Source: Deinococcota bacterium
GTDB taxonomy: Bacteria; Deinococcota; Deinococci; Deinococcales; Thermaceae
DNA: 64,000 nucleotides
NCBI GenBank assembly: GCA_041695225.1
Contig: JBGFRI010000015.1
Location: 70,646-134,645 of the forward strand
Direction of reading: 5' to 3'
Shown here: positions 53,836-64,000 of the stretch, in pieces
Numbering within the stretch: the first letter of the stretch is position 1
Layout of the letters: each line of letters begins with the position of its first letter
Translations under genes and position numbers: made by a program
Notes under the pieces: model-generated
What the model was told of the DNA's origin: nothing
The model's input: only the letters and a program-made list of their open reading frames with translations
The model's database searches: none

Positions 53836-54024
53836 GCAGTCCTCCTCGGTATTATGGTCACGGTTTTGTGCCCCCGATGGAGGATTATAAACAGCCCGTT
53901 CCGAAGTTTTTGGTCGGCACAGCCTGCCTTGAAGGAGCCCAGAATGTTGCGCTAAAGCACTGTTTGTTGGCCCACCGGCCGGTTCTTACAAAACATCTAA
54001 TCTGCGGCTGGTACAATAAACTTT

Positions 54025-56256
54025 GTGCGAAGGCTATTTAAGGTTTTGCAGGTGGTTTTTATTGCTGGTTTATTAGGGTCTATTGGGGCCGCGGGGTATG
54101 TAGCCTGGTTACTACTACGTGATCTGCCCAGCCTCGAGGCCCTGGATGACCTGCGTTTTACAGCTACCTCGACTTTTTATACCCGCGACGGTATTCCAAT
54201 TGCCGATCTGGCCTCGGTAGAGGATGGGCGGGCCATCGCCCGGCGGCTGGTGCAGTTGGGCGAGGTTTCGCCCGCTGCGGTGATGGCCATAGTGGTCTCG
54301 GAAGACCAGCGCTTCTTCAGACACTACGGCGTAGATCCTATCCGCTTGTTGGGCGGCTTGTACTATACCTTACTGGGTGACCTGCAGGGTGGTTCGACCA
54401 TTACCACCCAGGTAGTCAAAAACACCTTGCTGCGCGACCTGGCCTTCGAACGCCGCAGCATCAGTGGTCTTGAGCGCAAGCTCAAGGAATTTCCCTTGGC
54501 CATACAGCTCGAGCGGCGCTACTCCAAGGAAGAAATCCTCGAGATGTATCTCAATGTGGTTCCCTGGGGCGGTAATGCCCAGGGAATTTGGGCTGCCGCC
54601 CAGGCTTATTTTGGCAAGGACCCCTCCGAGCTTAACCTTGCCGAAGGGGCCTATCTGGCGGTTTTGCTGCCCGCACCCAACCCCCGTTATCTTGACTACC
54701 CCTCCACCCGCCGCCGCATGAGGGTGCTGCTCAATAACATGGTAGCCGAAGGCTGGATTAGCCAGGCCGAGGCCGACGCGGCCTGGCATTACAGGCTGGT
54801 GCCCCGGGGCTGGGAAGCTACCTTCGACGACAACGGCAACCTTTTGAGCGCCAGGCTGGTTGATCCCAGTGCTCGCATTATACCCGAGCGCAACGTGCGG
54901 CTTGCTCGGTACTTTGTTTTTGAGGTGCAGCGCTATCTACGGGCAAAAATTGGCTCCGACCGGCTGCGTCAACAGGGCGGCTTACGCATTATCACCACCC
55001 TCGACCTAAGAATGCAAACCGCTGCCGAAAGGGCAACTGCGGGAGGCAGGCTACCCGACCACGCCCAGCTGGCAATGGTGGGCCTCGAGCCAAACTCCGG
55101 CGAGGTACTGGCCATGGTGGGGGCCAGGCCTGGCACCGAGGGTGAGTTCAATCGTGCAACCCAGGCCTGGCGCAGCCCCGGCTCGGCCATCAAGCCCTTT
55201 ACCTATGGTATTGCGCTGGAGGCGGGCTGGACCCAGGCCAGCACCGTGCTCGATTCACCAGTTGAGTACCGCACCCCACAGGGCATCTGGCGCCCCAGAA
55301 ACTTCGATGGGAGATTCCTGGATCGCCCGGTTAGCATCCGCTATGCCCTTAATCACTCCCTCAACCTGCCCGCCATCCGGGCAGCCCAGGCTATTGGGGT
55401 ACAGCGGCTGGGAGACAAGCTTCGCCTGGCCGGCTTCCGTCTGACCGACAACATGGCGGTAATTGCCAACTCCATTGGCGGTGGCGCCGAAATCACCCCG
55501 CTGGGACTGGCTGCCGCCTACGCAAGCTTCGTCAACGGGGGTTACTGGGTCGAGCCGCGGCTTGTGCTCCGGGTCGAGGACAGTAACGGTCGAATTATCT
55601 ACCAGCCCAAACCCCAAAAAGTGCTTCTCTGGACGCCGCAAGTGGCTTTTCAGATCTGGGATCTGCTCAAAGGCGTTGTTTACGATGAGACGCCGGGTCT
55701 TCGTAACAGCCTGGCCTGGCGGGCCCGTATTCCAGGGCGAATTGTAGGCGGGAAGACCGGAACCAGCGACAATGCGGTCGATCTGTGGTTCGCGGGGGCA
55801 ACTCGAGGGCTGGTAGCCACCATCTGGGTCGGGCGTGACGATCACAGGCCCCAGCGTATGGGGGGCAGGGAGCCTAGCAGCTCGGTGGTCAACCCTCCTA
55901 TCTGGCGTGATTTTGTCGAGCAGGCCTTGCGGGGACGCCCCGCCGGAGACTTTCCACAGCCTCCGGGCCTGGCCGTGGCCAGGTTCGACCTGCTTACGGG
56001 AAACGAGAGCTCGAGTGGAGTTGCGGCTGTCTTTCCAGAGCGTCATGTGCAGCGCACCCAGGCTGTGGCACGCCATGTTTCGCCCCTGCCCACCCATATC
56101 GCCCGACCGGGCCCCGCCATTTCCAATACCACGGTCTTTCAGACCATTGCACTGGACCGGAATACAAACTGCCTGGCCACACCCCAGACCCCTACAGAGC
56201 GCGTAATCTGGTTACAGGTTCCGGAAGATCAAATAAGTAATTATCAATGCAACTAA
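54025..56256 (+). CDS. Class A penicillin-binding protein (transglycosylase/transpeptidase)
   Basis: EDQRFFRHYG, GGSTITTQ, RKLKE, PGSAIK, SLN, KTG. Confidence 0.93.
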   Translation: MRRLFKVLQVVFIAGLLGSIGAAGYVAWLLLRDLPSLEALDDLRFTATSTFYTRDGIPIADLASVEDGRAIARRLVQLGEVSPAAVMAIVVSEDQRFFRHYGVDPIRLLGGLYYTLLGDLQGGSTITTQVVKNTLLRDLAFERRSISGLERKLKEFPLAIQLERRYSKEEILEMYLNVVPWGGNAQGIWAAAQAYFGKDPSELNLAEGAYLAVLLPAPNPRYLDYPSTRRRMRVLLNNMVAEGWISQAEADAAWHYRLVPRGWEATFDDNGNLLSARLVDPSARIIPERNVRLARYFVFEVQRYLRAKIGSDRLRQQGGLRIITTLDLRMQTAAERATAGGRLPDHAQLAMVGLEPNSGEVLAMVGARPGTEGEFNRATQAWRSPGSAIKPFTYGIALEAGWTQASTVLDSPVEYRTPQGIWRPRNFDGRFLDRPVSIRYALNHSLNLPAIRAAQAIGVQRLGDKLRLAGFRLTDNMAVIANSIGGGAEITPLGLAAAYASFVNGGYWVEPRLVLRVEDSNGRIIYQPKPQKVLLWTPQVAFQIWDLLKGVVYDETPGLRNSLAWRARIPGRIVGGKTGTSDNAVDLWFAGATRGLVATIWVGRDDHRPQRMGGREPSSSVVNPPIWRDFVEQALRGRPAGDFPQPPGLAVARFDLLTGNESSSGVAAVFPERHVQRTQAVARHVSPLPTHIARPGPAISNTTVFQTIALDRNTNCLATPQTPTERVIWLQVPEDQISNYQCN

Positions 56257-56496
56257 AGGGGGCTCCCCGCGCTTCTCCTTGGTTAGTCGCTCTGCCAGAT
56301 ACTGAGCCGCGTGGTCGGATAGACACCCCCAGATAATGGTCGCAGATGACATGCAGGACACAACTCCAGGTCAGAGTGCAAACTTCAGGATGTCCCGACT
56401 GCGGTGGTCTTACTGATATATGGGGTCTAATCTGTCCCGAAGGGAGTCGCCTGACCCGGAGGCTTTCTACAAGTGCTCCACGGCTACCAGTTCCAG

Positions 56497-56892
56497 CTAG
56501 GAACCCGGCGGCGTGGGAGGCGTGGGTAACAATGGTGTGCCAATATCGAGTTGCAAGATTGGGCTATTCTGTACCAGCACCATCAAGCGATAATATCCGT
56601 CGTCTAGGCGGTCAAACTGAGCCTGGAAGGCGCCGGGTGCTTCAACCCAGATCGAACGCTCCTGAAAAAGCCGGTCTCCTTTGAACCAGCGCAGCTCGAG
56701 GTAGCCTGGCTCGGCAATTCGTCGGACAGTAAGCTTCGCAATGGCTCCGCGCTCAGTGGGTACCAGGGTGCCGGTTACACTAAACCGATCTGGTAACGCA
56801 GCCCGACCCGGATCGAGCGGCACAAAAGTAAAGCGACAGGCCGGCAGCAGTAGCAGCCAGCCAACCAACATCGTCCAACGCAGGATGCTCAT
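56497..56892 (-). CDS. Hypothetical lipoprotein
   Basis: Signal peptide with LPAC lipobox; overlaps rsmE stop. Confidence 0.7.
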   Translation of the reverse strand: MSILRWTMLVGWLLLLPACRFTFVPLDPGRAALPDRFSVTGTLVPTERGAIAKLTVRRIAEPGYLELRWFKGDRLFQERSIWVEAPGAFQAQFDRLDDGYYRLMVLVQNSPILQLDIGTPLLPTPPTPPGS

Positions 56893-57587
56893 AGACCCTC
56901 CGCCGCGGTAACCAGACTGAGCAGGACTATCGGCGCTGTTTCTGCCCGCAGGATACGGGGCCCTAATGTGACTGGGGTGAAACCAAGATGTTCAAGCAGT
57001 TCTACCTCTGCTTCGGTAATGCCGCCTTCCGGGCCGGTAAGGATGGCGGTGGGCCTGGCGGGGTCGAAGCAGTCACGCACCAGGGCCGATGCACCGGGCT
57101 GGGCAACAAAGCCCTGCTCAACCGCGGGAATCTTGCTCAGGGGCAGTAGGTCCCCAATTTTGGGAATCACACTGCGTTCGCATTGTTTGGCGGCCTCGAG
57201 TGCAATGCGGCGCAGTCGAAGCAGTTTGTTCTCGCTCAACTCACGTGCCACACAGTGCTGGGTTAGGATGGGGACTATCTGGCTTGCGCCCAGTTCGGTA
57301 GCGGCCCGCACCACCTCGGCCAGATGGTCTCCTTTGAGCAAGGCCACATAGAGCGTGATGGGCTGAGGTGTCTCTTTGCTGGCAGGCCAGGTCTGCTCGA
57401 GGTGTAGCCGCACCAGGTTACGCTCGACCTGCACCACAGTGGCCCGCCCCTCCAGCCCCTTGCCATCGAACACCTTTAGGGTATCCCCCACTTTAGCCCG
57501 CAAGACATCTATCAGGTGGCGTGCTTCCCTCCCACCCAGCTTTATTTCTGGCGCAAGTTCGGGCGCAAAAGCACGGTGAGGGCGCAT
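56889..57587 (-). CDS. rsmE: 16S rRNA m3U1498 methyltransferase
   Basis: HLIDVLR, TELG, EAAKQC, GPEGG, LGPRILRAETA. Confidence 0.94.
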   Translation of the reverse strand: MRPHRAFAPELAPEIKLGGREARHLIDVLRAKVGDTLKVFDGKGLEGRATVVQVERNLVRLHLEQTWPASKETPQPITLYVALLKGDHLAEVVRAATELGASQIVPILTQHCVARELSENKLLRLRRIALEAAKQCERSVIPKIGDLLPLSKIPAVEQGFVAQPGASALVRDCFDPARPTAILTGPEGGITEAEVELLEHLGFTPVTLGPRILRAETAPIVLLSLVTAAEGL

Positions 57588-57614
57588 GGTTTCCCGTCTC
57601 GGCACCGCTCGGCC

Positions 57615-58376
57615 CTACACCGCAGCATAGGTCAGACAGACCCACTCACCTTCCTGGCGGCGCTGGAGCAGGTCAAAGGAGCTGGCCTGCAGAGCTTGTT
57701 GCACTATTGTCTCCCGCTCCGACAAAATGCCGGTCAGAATTAAAGTCCCACACTTGCCAAACGCCTTCCGATAGGCAGTGGCAAAAAAAGCGTGCAGCTC
57801 CGCATAAAGGTTTGCCACTACCAGGTCCACCGGGCCTTCGAGGTCTTCCAGGCTGCCCTCGAGAAAGCGCGCCCGTACGTTGTTGAGGCGAGCATTCTGG
57901 ATAGCTAAAGGAACCACCACAGGGTCTATATCTACACCCACCACCTCGGCTCCCAGCAAGGCAGCGCCAATTGCCAGAATACCCGAGCCAGTTCCCAGGT
58001 CGAGCACCCGCATGCCCGGTTCAATCCGCCGAGCAAGGGTTTCCAGCGCCATTCGGGTGGTCTCGTGATGTCCGGTTCCAAAAGCCATACCCGGCTCTAT
58101 TACAATGCGCGTTTCGTTACCAGTCCATTTGTGCCAGGGGGCCAGCACCACAAAGGGCTCTGCCAGCACAGGCTTAAGGTCGCGCTGGAAAGCCTCCTGC
58201 CAGTCGGTATCGGGCAGCTCGCTCCACTCTCCTGGAAAGGGCATCTCGACTCGATGGGGAAAGTAGGCCCATACCTCTCCGTTTTTTTCCTCCAGCCCCC
58301 TGGCCCCCAGTTCGAACAAAGCGGCGGAATAGGTATCCAGGGTTTGAAAATCGCCACGCAAACAAAACACGTGCAT
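57615..58376 (-). CDS. prmA: Ribosomal protein L11 methyltransferase
   Basis: IEPGMAFGTGHHETT, LDLGTGSGIL, VANL. Confidence 0.94.
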   Translation of the reverse strand: MHVFCLRGDFQTLDTYSAALFELGARGLEEKNGEVWAYFPHRVEMPFPGEWSELPDTDWQEAFQRDLKPVLAEPFVVLAPWHKWTGNETRIVIEPGMAFGTGHHETTRMALETLARRIEPGMRVLDLGTGSGILAIGAALLGAEVVGVDIDPVVVPLAIQNARLNNVRARFLEGSLEDLEGPVDLVVANLYAELHAFFATAYRKAFGKCGTLILTGILSERETIVQQALQASSFDLLQRRQEGEWVCLTYAAV

Positions 58377-58773
58377 ACCCTAATAGTCTAGCGCAAAGGA
58401 GAGGCGGCTCTACGCAGCGGTTACCCAGAGGTGATGAAACTGCAAAAAAATGGCGCTAAGCGATAAAAGCTCCCGGTGCAACTGGGCAAAGCACTTACCC
58501 GAGTGCAACTGTGGAGCGCTTCCACCTGCCCCCTCAATAAGCGGCGTTGGGGCATTGTTAGGGGTTTTACAACAATTCATTCATCTATCCGATGTGTCGG
58601 AGGATAGAATCAGCCAGTAAGGAGCCGCCCGCAAAACAGTGCTTAGACCGTTCAGGTGCAAGTGAATAGCGTAACCTTTCCTGCTGCGGTTTAACCCGCC
58701 TCCCCTGGTAATGGCTTCCCTACCATCTAGATACATAGCTCCAGCCTCCTTGATACGGGGCAAACCCTGTTGT

Positions 58774-58802
58774 CCCCCTCAATAAGGGGGGTTGGGGGGA
58801 TT
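58774..58802. repeat. REP-like hairpin (copy of 23700-23729); degenerate copy at 58529
   Basis: CCCCCTCAATAAGGGGGGTTGGGGGGATT. Confidence 0.7.
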
Positions 58803-58978
58803 GACAAGACACCTTTGATGGGCTGATACCGGAGTGAGTCCGGTTTTCATCTACGGACCGGCCCCATTACCAGATTCGTATCATTCGTCAACGCTGTTTC
58901 TCGCAAATGAACCGTACAACCGACTAAGGGCTCGTTCTCATTCGGGAAAGTAGCTCTTAGCGATCTGCAACCTTTGCT

Positions 58979-61048
58979 CTAAGCCCTCTTCTTCGCACCA
59001 ATAGCCTGAATTGCAGTCAGGGCAATGGTATACACGATGTCGTCTACCAGAGCGCCCCTCGAGACGTCATTGACCGGCTTGCGCAAGCCCTGCAACATTG
59101 GCCCAATGCTCAGTACGCCTGCACTGCGCTGAACGGCCTTGTAGGTGGTGTTGCCGGTATTGAGGTCGGGGAAGATGAAGACGGTAGCCCGGCCCGCCAC
59201 CGGGCTGTTGGGCGCTTTTTGCCTTCCTACACTCTCCACGCTGGCTGCATCGTACTGCAGGGGACCATCAATCAGCAGGTCGGGGCGTTTTTCTCGGGCA
59301 ATTTTGGTGGCCAGGGCAACCTTTTGCACGTCTGCCCCTTCGCCGGAGGTACCGGTAGAGTAAGAAATCATGGCCACGCGGGGGCTAATGCCAAAAGCCC
59401 AGGCCGAGTCTGCCGACTGGATGGCAATGTCGGCTAGCTCTTCGGCAGTAGGGTCGGGGTTGATGGCACAGTCGCCATAGACCAGCACCTGCTCCGGCAT
59501 TAGCATGAAAAACACACTGCTGACGAGCCTGACCCCTGGCGCAGTCTTGATCAGTTGCAGGGCTGGGCGCACGGTACTGGCGGTGGTGTGAATAGCTCCA
59601 CAGACCAGGCCATCCACCTCATCCAGCGCCAGCATCATGGTACCCAACACCACGTTGTCTTCGAGTTCCTGTTCGGCCAGCCCGACCGTGAGGCCTTTAT
59701 GCCTGCGCAATTCCACCATTGGCTCGATATAGCGCTCCCGAACCGTGGCCGGGTCTGTGATCTGCAAGTCGCGAGGGACCTTGACCCCCTGGGCTTCGGC
59801 AACGGCATGTACAGAGTCGGGGTTGGCCAGCAGGATGCACTGGGCAATACCTTTTTCATGGCAAATAGCCGCGGCCTTGACGGTGCGCGGCTCGTCGCCT
59901 TCGGGCAAGACAATGCGCTTGTGGGCTGCCCTGGCCCGTCGGACTAGCTCGTACCGGAAGGCTGGAGGGGTCATGCGGCGTTCCTCGAGCTGGCCAGTAC
60001 GGGCGATTAGTGGTGTGATCTCGAGCTTGTCGGCAACGTACTCCAGCATCAGCTCAAAGCGCTCGAGGTCGTCTAGGGGAACTTTGCTATCCATCTGGTT
60101 GAGGTTTCCCACCGTGGTGTAGGTGTCTGTTTCCACCATCAAGACCGGCAGGCTCGAGGTCAGCGCTACGCGGCAAAGGTGTCTAATTGGCTCCTCTGGT
60201 TGTGAGTTCCAGGTCAGCAGAAGACCGGCCAGCGGAACCCCGCTCAAGTGGGCCAGCGAGGCCGCCATTATCACGTCGTCGCGGTCGCCCGAGGTAATGA
60301 CCAGGGCGCCTGGGGTAAACAGGCTGATCAGATTAGGAACGCTACGGGCGGCAATAAAAGTCTTCTGTACCCGGCGGCTATACATCTCACCCTGATTGAG
60401 CACGCTGGCACCGAGATGCCGCGCCACATCGCACACCCTGGGAGCAGCCAGGCCAGGGTTTAGCGGTATTACTCCGAGCTGGTTTAGTCTGCTGTCCAGC
60501 AGCTTTTTGCGGCTTCGCAGTTTAGAGGTATAGCTCTGCTCAGCTGGAGGCGCGTGGTTGAGAATATAGCCCACCACCGACTTGCCAAAACTGGGCAGTA
60601 ACAGCTCCATCTGATCGGCTACTTCTTTGGGGGTGCTGTTTTGCAAAGAACTGACCAAAACCACCGCGGCCTCGAGGTTGCGGGCTAGCTCGATGTTGAG
60701 CTGGGCCGCATAGGGGTTACCAGCGTGCAAAGCCAGGCCCTCTACCACTACTAGATCGGTCCCTGCTGCGGCCTGGGCAAAGACCCGCACCACCTCTTCC
60801 ATCAGGTCGCCAGCCTGGCTCTCAGCCAGAAGCTGTTGGGCTTTTTCTAAAGATATCGAGTCTGGAACTCTAATGCGGCATACCTCCCGCGCAAAGTGCA
60901 GGCTCTGGTCGGTGGGCAGGTAATCTTGTGCAATTGGTTTACAAAAGCCCACCTTTATTCCGGTGCGCTGTAAGGCCCGTACTGCTCCCAAAGCGGCGGT
61001 GGTAAGGCCCACCGAAGGCCGGGTTGGAGCTACAAAAAATGCCTTCAT
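58979..61048 (-). CDS. pta: Phosphate acetyltransferase (long form, DRTGG domain)
   Basis: KPIAQ, GDRDD, IVLPEG, YGDCAINPDP, DGPLQYD, GNTTYKAVQR. Confidence 0.96.
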   Translation of the reverse strand: MKAFFVAPTRPSVGLTTAALGAVRALQRTGIKVGFCKPIAQDYLPTDQSLHFAREVCRIRVPDSISLEKAQQLLAESQAGDLMEEVVRVFAQAAAGTDLVVVEGLALHAGNPYAAQLNIELARNLEAAVVLVSSLQNSTPKEVADQMELLLPSFGKSVVGYILNHAPPAEQSYTSKLRSRKKLLDSRLNQLGVIPLNPGLAAPRVCDVARHLGASVLNQGEMYSRRVQKTFIAARSVPNLISLFTPGALVITSGDRDDVIMAASLAHLSGVPLAGLLLTWNSQPEEPIRHLCRVALTSSLPVLMVETDTYTTVGNLNQMDSKVPLDDLERFELMLEYVADKLEITPLIARTGQLEERRMTPPAFRYELVRRARAAHKRIVLPEGDEPRTVKAAAICHEKGIAQCILLANPDSVHAVAEAQGVKVPRDLQITDPATVRERYIEPMVELRRHKGLTVGLAEQELEDNVVLGTMMLALDEVDGLVCGAIHTTASTVRPALQLIKTAPGVRLVSSVFFMLMPEQVLVYGDCAINPDPTAEELADIAIQSADSAWAFGISPRVAMISYSTGTSGEGADVQKVALATKIAREKRPDLLIDGPLQYDAASVESVGRQKAPNSPVAGRATVFIFPDLNTGNTTYKAVQRSAGVLSIGPMLQGLRKPVNDVSRGALVDDIVYTIALTAIQAIGAKKRA

Positions 61049-62226
61049 AACAAGACTTTCTGCACTTCCAGGGCAATCATAAGCTCTTCGTTGGTCTTGA
61101 CCACCATGGCCAGCGAGCTTCCGGGCTGGGTGATCAGGCCGCTCTTACCCCCTACCATGATCCGGTTCAGCTCGGTATCCAGCACAAACCCCAGCCAGAT
61201 CAGATGCCCTAGGGTCTTGAACCGCACCAGCGCAGAGTTTTCACCTATACCGCCGGTAAAAATTAGCGCATCTATGCCGCCTAGTGGTACACACATGGCG
61301 GCTGCATATTTGGCCAGCCGGTAGCAGAAGACCTCGAGCGCCAGGCTGGCCGCAGTATGCCCCTCGGCGGCGGCCCGTTCCAGTTCCCGCATATCGTTGG
61401 ACAGCCCCGAAAGCCCCAGCAGTCCACTTTTCTTGTTGAGCAGCTCGGTTATTTCAGAGAGATCAAGATTCAGGTTTTTGGCCAGATGGGCATGGATGCC
61501 GGGGTCGAGGTCGCCCGAGCGCGTTCCCATTACCAGACCCTCGAGCGGGGTAAGCCCCATACTGGTATCCAGGCTTTTTCCGCCCTTGACCGCCGCCACC
61601 GAGCAACCGTTACCCAGATGGGCGCTCACAAAACGGGAGTTTTCTAAGGGTATATCCAGTATTCGCGCTGCCTCCTGCGTAACATAGGCATGGCTTGTAC
61701 CGTGAAAGCCATAGCGACGAACACCGTGCTGGGTGTACCAGTCTTCTGGTACGGCATAGCGGTAAGCATGCGTGGGCATGGTCTGGTGAAACGAGGTATC
61801 AAAAACTGCAACCTGGGGCAGGCGAGGAAAAGCCTCCATCGCCGCCCGAATTCCCAGCAGATTGGCGGGGTTGTGCAGTGGAGCCAGCGGTACGCAGGCT
61901 TCAATCTGCTCGATGACCTCAGGGGTAATACGGGCGGCCTGCTTGAACCTCTCCCCACCGTGTACCACCCGGTGTCCAACCTGCTCTACCTCCCCCAGCA
62001 AACCGCACTGCTCCAGCGCTCGCAAAATGCCCCGCATGGCCACGGTATGGCCCTGTCCTGGCAACGTAACATTTTGACTATTCTGACCCTCTTGTACCCA
62101 CAACCGCGGCTCTCGTTCGAACAGCTTTTCGGCCAGTCCGCTCACCAGGGTTGTCTGGCGGCTATGGTCAATCAGGGCAAATTTGAGAGAGGAACTACCA
62201 CAGTTGAGGACCAGGGTCAGGCTCAC
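61045..62226 (-). CDS. ackA: Acetate kinase
   Basis: NCGSSSLKF, GHRVVHGG, RYGFHGTSH, HLGNG, FTGGIGEN. Confidence 0.97.
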   Translation of the reverse strand: MSLTLVLNCGSSSLKFALIDHSRQTTLVSGLAEKLFEREPRLWVQEGQNSQNVTLPGQGHTVAMRGILRALEQCGLLGEVEQVGHRVVHGGERFKQAARITPEVIEQIEACVPLAPLHNPANLLGIRAAMEAFPRLPQVAVFDTSFHQTMPTHAYRYAVPEDWYTQHGVRRYGFHGTSHAYVTQEAARILDIPLENSRFVSAHLGNGCSVAAVKGGKSLDTSMGLTPLEGLVMGTRSGDLDPGIHAHLAKNLNLDLSEITELLNKKSGLLGLSGLSNDMRELERAAAEGHTAASLALEVFCYRLAKYAAAMCVPLGGIDALIFTGGIGENSALVRFKTLGHLIWLGFVLDTELNRIMVGGKSGLITQPGSSLAMVVKTNEELMIALEVQKVLL

Positions 62227-62487
62227 GGTTCTATACTACCGACCACTCTAGGGGTAAAAGTCATGCGGAGTCTAACTTCCAATCTCGAGCACGATTGGAT
62301 CAGAGAGCCAGCGGATAGCTCGAGCCCTGCAACGCTGCCCCCAGCCCGAGCGCCATCCACTGGCGTGGCCGGTGGTTTGGAAGCATATCGAGGTCCATCG
62401 GAATCAAGAAACTCAATAGCTCACTCGCCCTGATAGCAGATCATCCACCGATGCACCTCCTGCGTTACTCACAGGCAGATGGCACAC

Positions 62488-63285
62488 TCACTCTCGAGGC
62501 TGGATTTGAATCTGGGCTACCAGCGCCTCCAGATAGGTGAAAAAAAGCGGGCCGTAGTGGGCCAGTTCGTCGCCCCCGGTAACCACCAGGGGGTACGACC
62601 AACCTCGCTCGCTCATCAGGCGCTGGGCTTTGTCGAGCGGTCGCGAACGATGGGGCTTGGGCTCGTAGACCACCAGTTGGGGCTCTAGTCGGGGTATCTG
62701 GCTCAGGTCGGGCTGGAAGTAGCTCTGAGGATGCAGGGCAAAAACGTTTTCCAGACCAAGGTGCCGCAGAGCCTCCCCCACATAACTCCCCCGACCCACC
62801 GTAATGGGGCCGCCCAGGTCGAACTCGAGATAGACCCGCAACGGCGGTAGGGTTAGGTGCAGGGCGCTATAGCGCTGTGAAAGCCTGGCAGATAGCTCGG
62901 TAGCCTGCTGCGATACTCCCAGCAAGGCGCCCAGCAAGTTCAGATTCTCGAGAATTCCGTATGGGCTTTGCGGCAAAGGCACCGGATAGATGGGAAACCC
63001 TCGCTGGTGCAGCTCCTGGAGCAGTTCTCGCTGCACCCCGGTGCTAATCAGCGCCAGGTCGGGCTTTAGCGAGTGCAACAGCTCCCAGCGTACCCGGGTA
63101 TAGCTCGAGACCACCGGCAGCCCCAGGGCGGGCGCTGGACGGTAACAAAAAGCACTCCGCCCCACCACCCTGGCCCCAAGCCCTAGTTCGAACAAGGCAT
63201 CGGTAACGTTTGGCGCCAGCGAGACAATTCGCTCTGCCAGGTCGGGCAGCGCTAGGGGGCCAAGCCAGTCATGCACCAGTTTCAC
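62488..63285 (-). CDS. Helical-backbone metal/cobalamin-binding protein (BtuF-like), no obvious signal peptide
   Basis: RIVSLAPNVTDALFELG, LKPDL. Confidence 0.8.
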   Translation of the reverse strand: MKLVHDWLGPLALPDLAERIVSLAPNVTDALFELGLGARVVGRSAFCYRPAPALGLPVVSSYTRVRWELLHSLKPDLALISTGVQRELLQELHQRGFPIYPVPLPQSPYGILENLNLLGALLGVSQQATELSARLSQRYSALHLTLPPLRVYLEFDLGGPITVGRGSYVGEALRHLGLENVFALHPQSYFQPDLSQIPRLEPQLVVYEPKPHRSRPLDKAQRLMSERGWSYPLVVTGGDELAHYGPLFFTYLEALVAQIQIQPRE

Positions 63286-63863
63286 CGCATAACCTCGGCG
63301 TACCAGGCGTCAACTCGGGCCCGCAGCGTGGCCAGGTCGCTATCGTTCCAGATCACCCAGGTGGCCCTTCGGACCTTCTCCTCCTGTGGCATCTGGCTGG
63401 CATCCCGCGCGGTAAACTGGTCCTCGCTCAGTCCACTGCGGGCCATCACCCGTTGCTTACGCAGCTCATCTGGGGCCGCCACCACCAGAACACCGGCATA
63501 CTCCCCTTCCCGTCCGGTCTCAAACAGCAAGGGAATCTCGTGTACAATTAGCTTTTTACCCTCGGCCCGAAATTTTTCGGTGTCTTCTTGCATCCGCCGG
63601 CGCACATAGGGGTGAAGGATGGCCTCGAGGCGCCTACGCGCCTCGAGGTCTGCAAATACCAGACCAGCCAGTGCGGGCCGGTCTATCTCCCCGTCCCGGC
63701 ACACCTCCGGAAAGGCCTGACAAACATCGGCCTTAAGAACCTCCGCCCCTTCTCTGGCATACTGGTCGGCGTCGAGCAACTCCACCCTTAGCTCCCGCAG
63801 CCGCTGGGCCACCGTACTCTTGCCACTGCCTATGCTCCCGGTCAGGCCAATCCGCCGCATCAC
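63282..63863 (-). CDS. coaE: Dephospho-CoA kinase
   Basis: IGLTGSIGSGKSTV, DAD, LEAILHP, IPLLFE. Confidence 0.96.
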   Translation of the reverse strand: MMRRIGLTGSIGSGKSTVAQRLRELRVELLDADQYAREGAEVLKADVCQAFPEVCRDGEIDRPALAGLVFADLEARRRLEAILHPYVRRRMQEDTEKFRAEGKKLIVHEIPLLFETGREGEYAGVLVVAAPDELRKQRVMARSGLSEDQFTARDASQMPQEEKVRRATWVIWNDSDLATLRARVDAWYAEVMR

Positions 63864-64000
63864 CCAAAAGCATATCGCCTAGCCCGAAGTTACCTTTGTA
63901 GGAACCCAGCAATACTCCGCTCCGAGCCGTCATTTGTCCTTAGTGAGGTGGTGCGGTTACATGGCTACAGCCGGTGCGTGACGCCGAGCAGGTCGAAGGC

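Noticed and set aside
58581..58763. 60-aa ORF between prmA and pta
   Set aside because: Lies among REP-like repeats; no SD or recognisable motif

Overview
GC-rich bacterial chromosomal window, almost certainly from Meiothermus (Deinococcota/Thermales). Evidence: LonA closely resembles the M. taiwanensis enzyme as I recall it, and the window carries Thermus-type MglAB, a short non-discriminating AspRS and futalosine-pathway mqnC. It is mostly core genome: rseP, mqnC, two ABC exporters, gcvTHP, mglBA, lon, aspS, tyrA, scpB, pilC, miaB, leuCDB, ilvD, fadD, iscS/Rrf2, efp, phoB/R/U, tRNA-Gln, a class A PBP, rsmE, prmA, pta-ackA and coaE. I found no CRISPR array, integrase or intact transposase. 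The most interesting signals are non-coding or sub-60-aa: (1) a candidate leader-peptide attenuator (MLRTDDNS, Asp-Asp-Asn codons) before the Asp/Asn non-discriminating aspS; (2) a candidate attenuator (MNDPIVKRMARLRA, R-L-R arrest-type motif) before an ABC exporter; (3) a dispersed ~49-nt repeat ending in the predicted start codon of four unrelated genes; (4) composite heptamer-repeat elements; (5) a phage MuF/gp7-like gene remnant; (6) an internal tandem glycine riboswitch controlling only gcvP; (7) HAIR, FadR-like and GntR-like operators; (8) strong CTCGAG enrichment and pervasive leaderless-style promoters. All assignments were made by eye; no searches were run.
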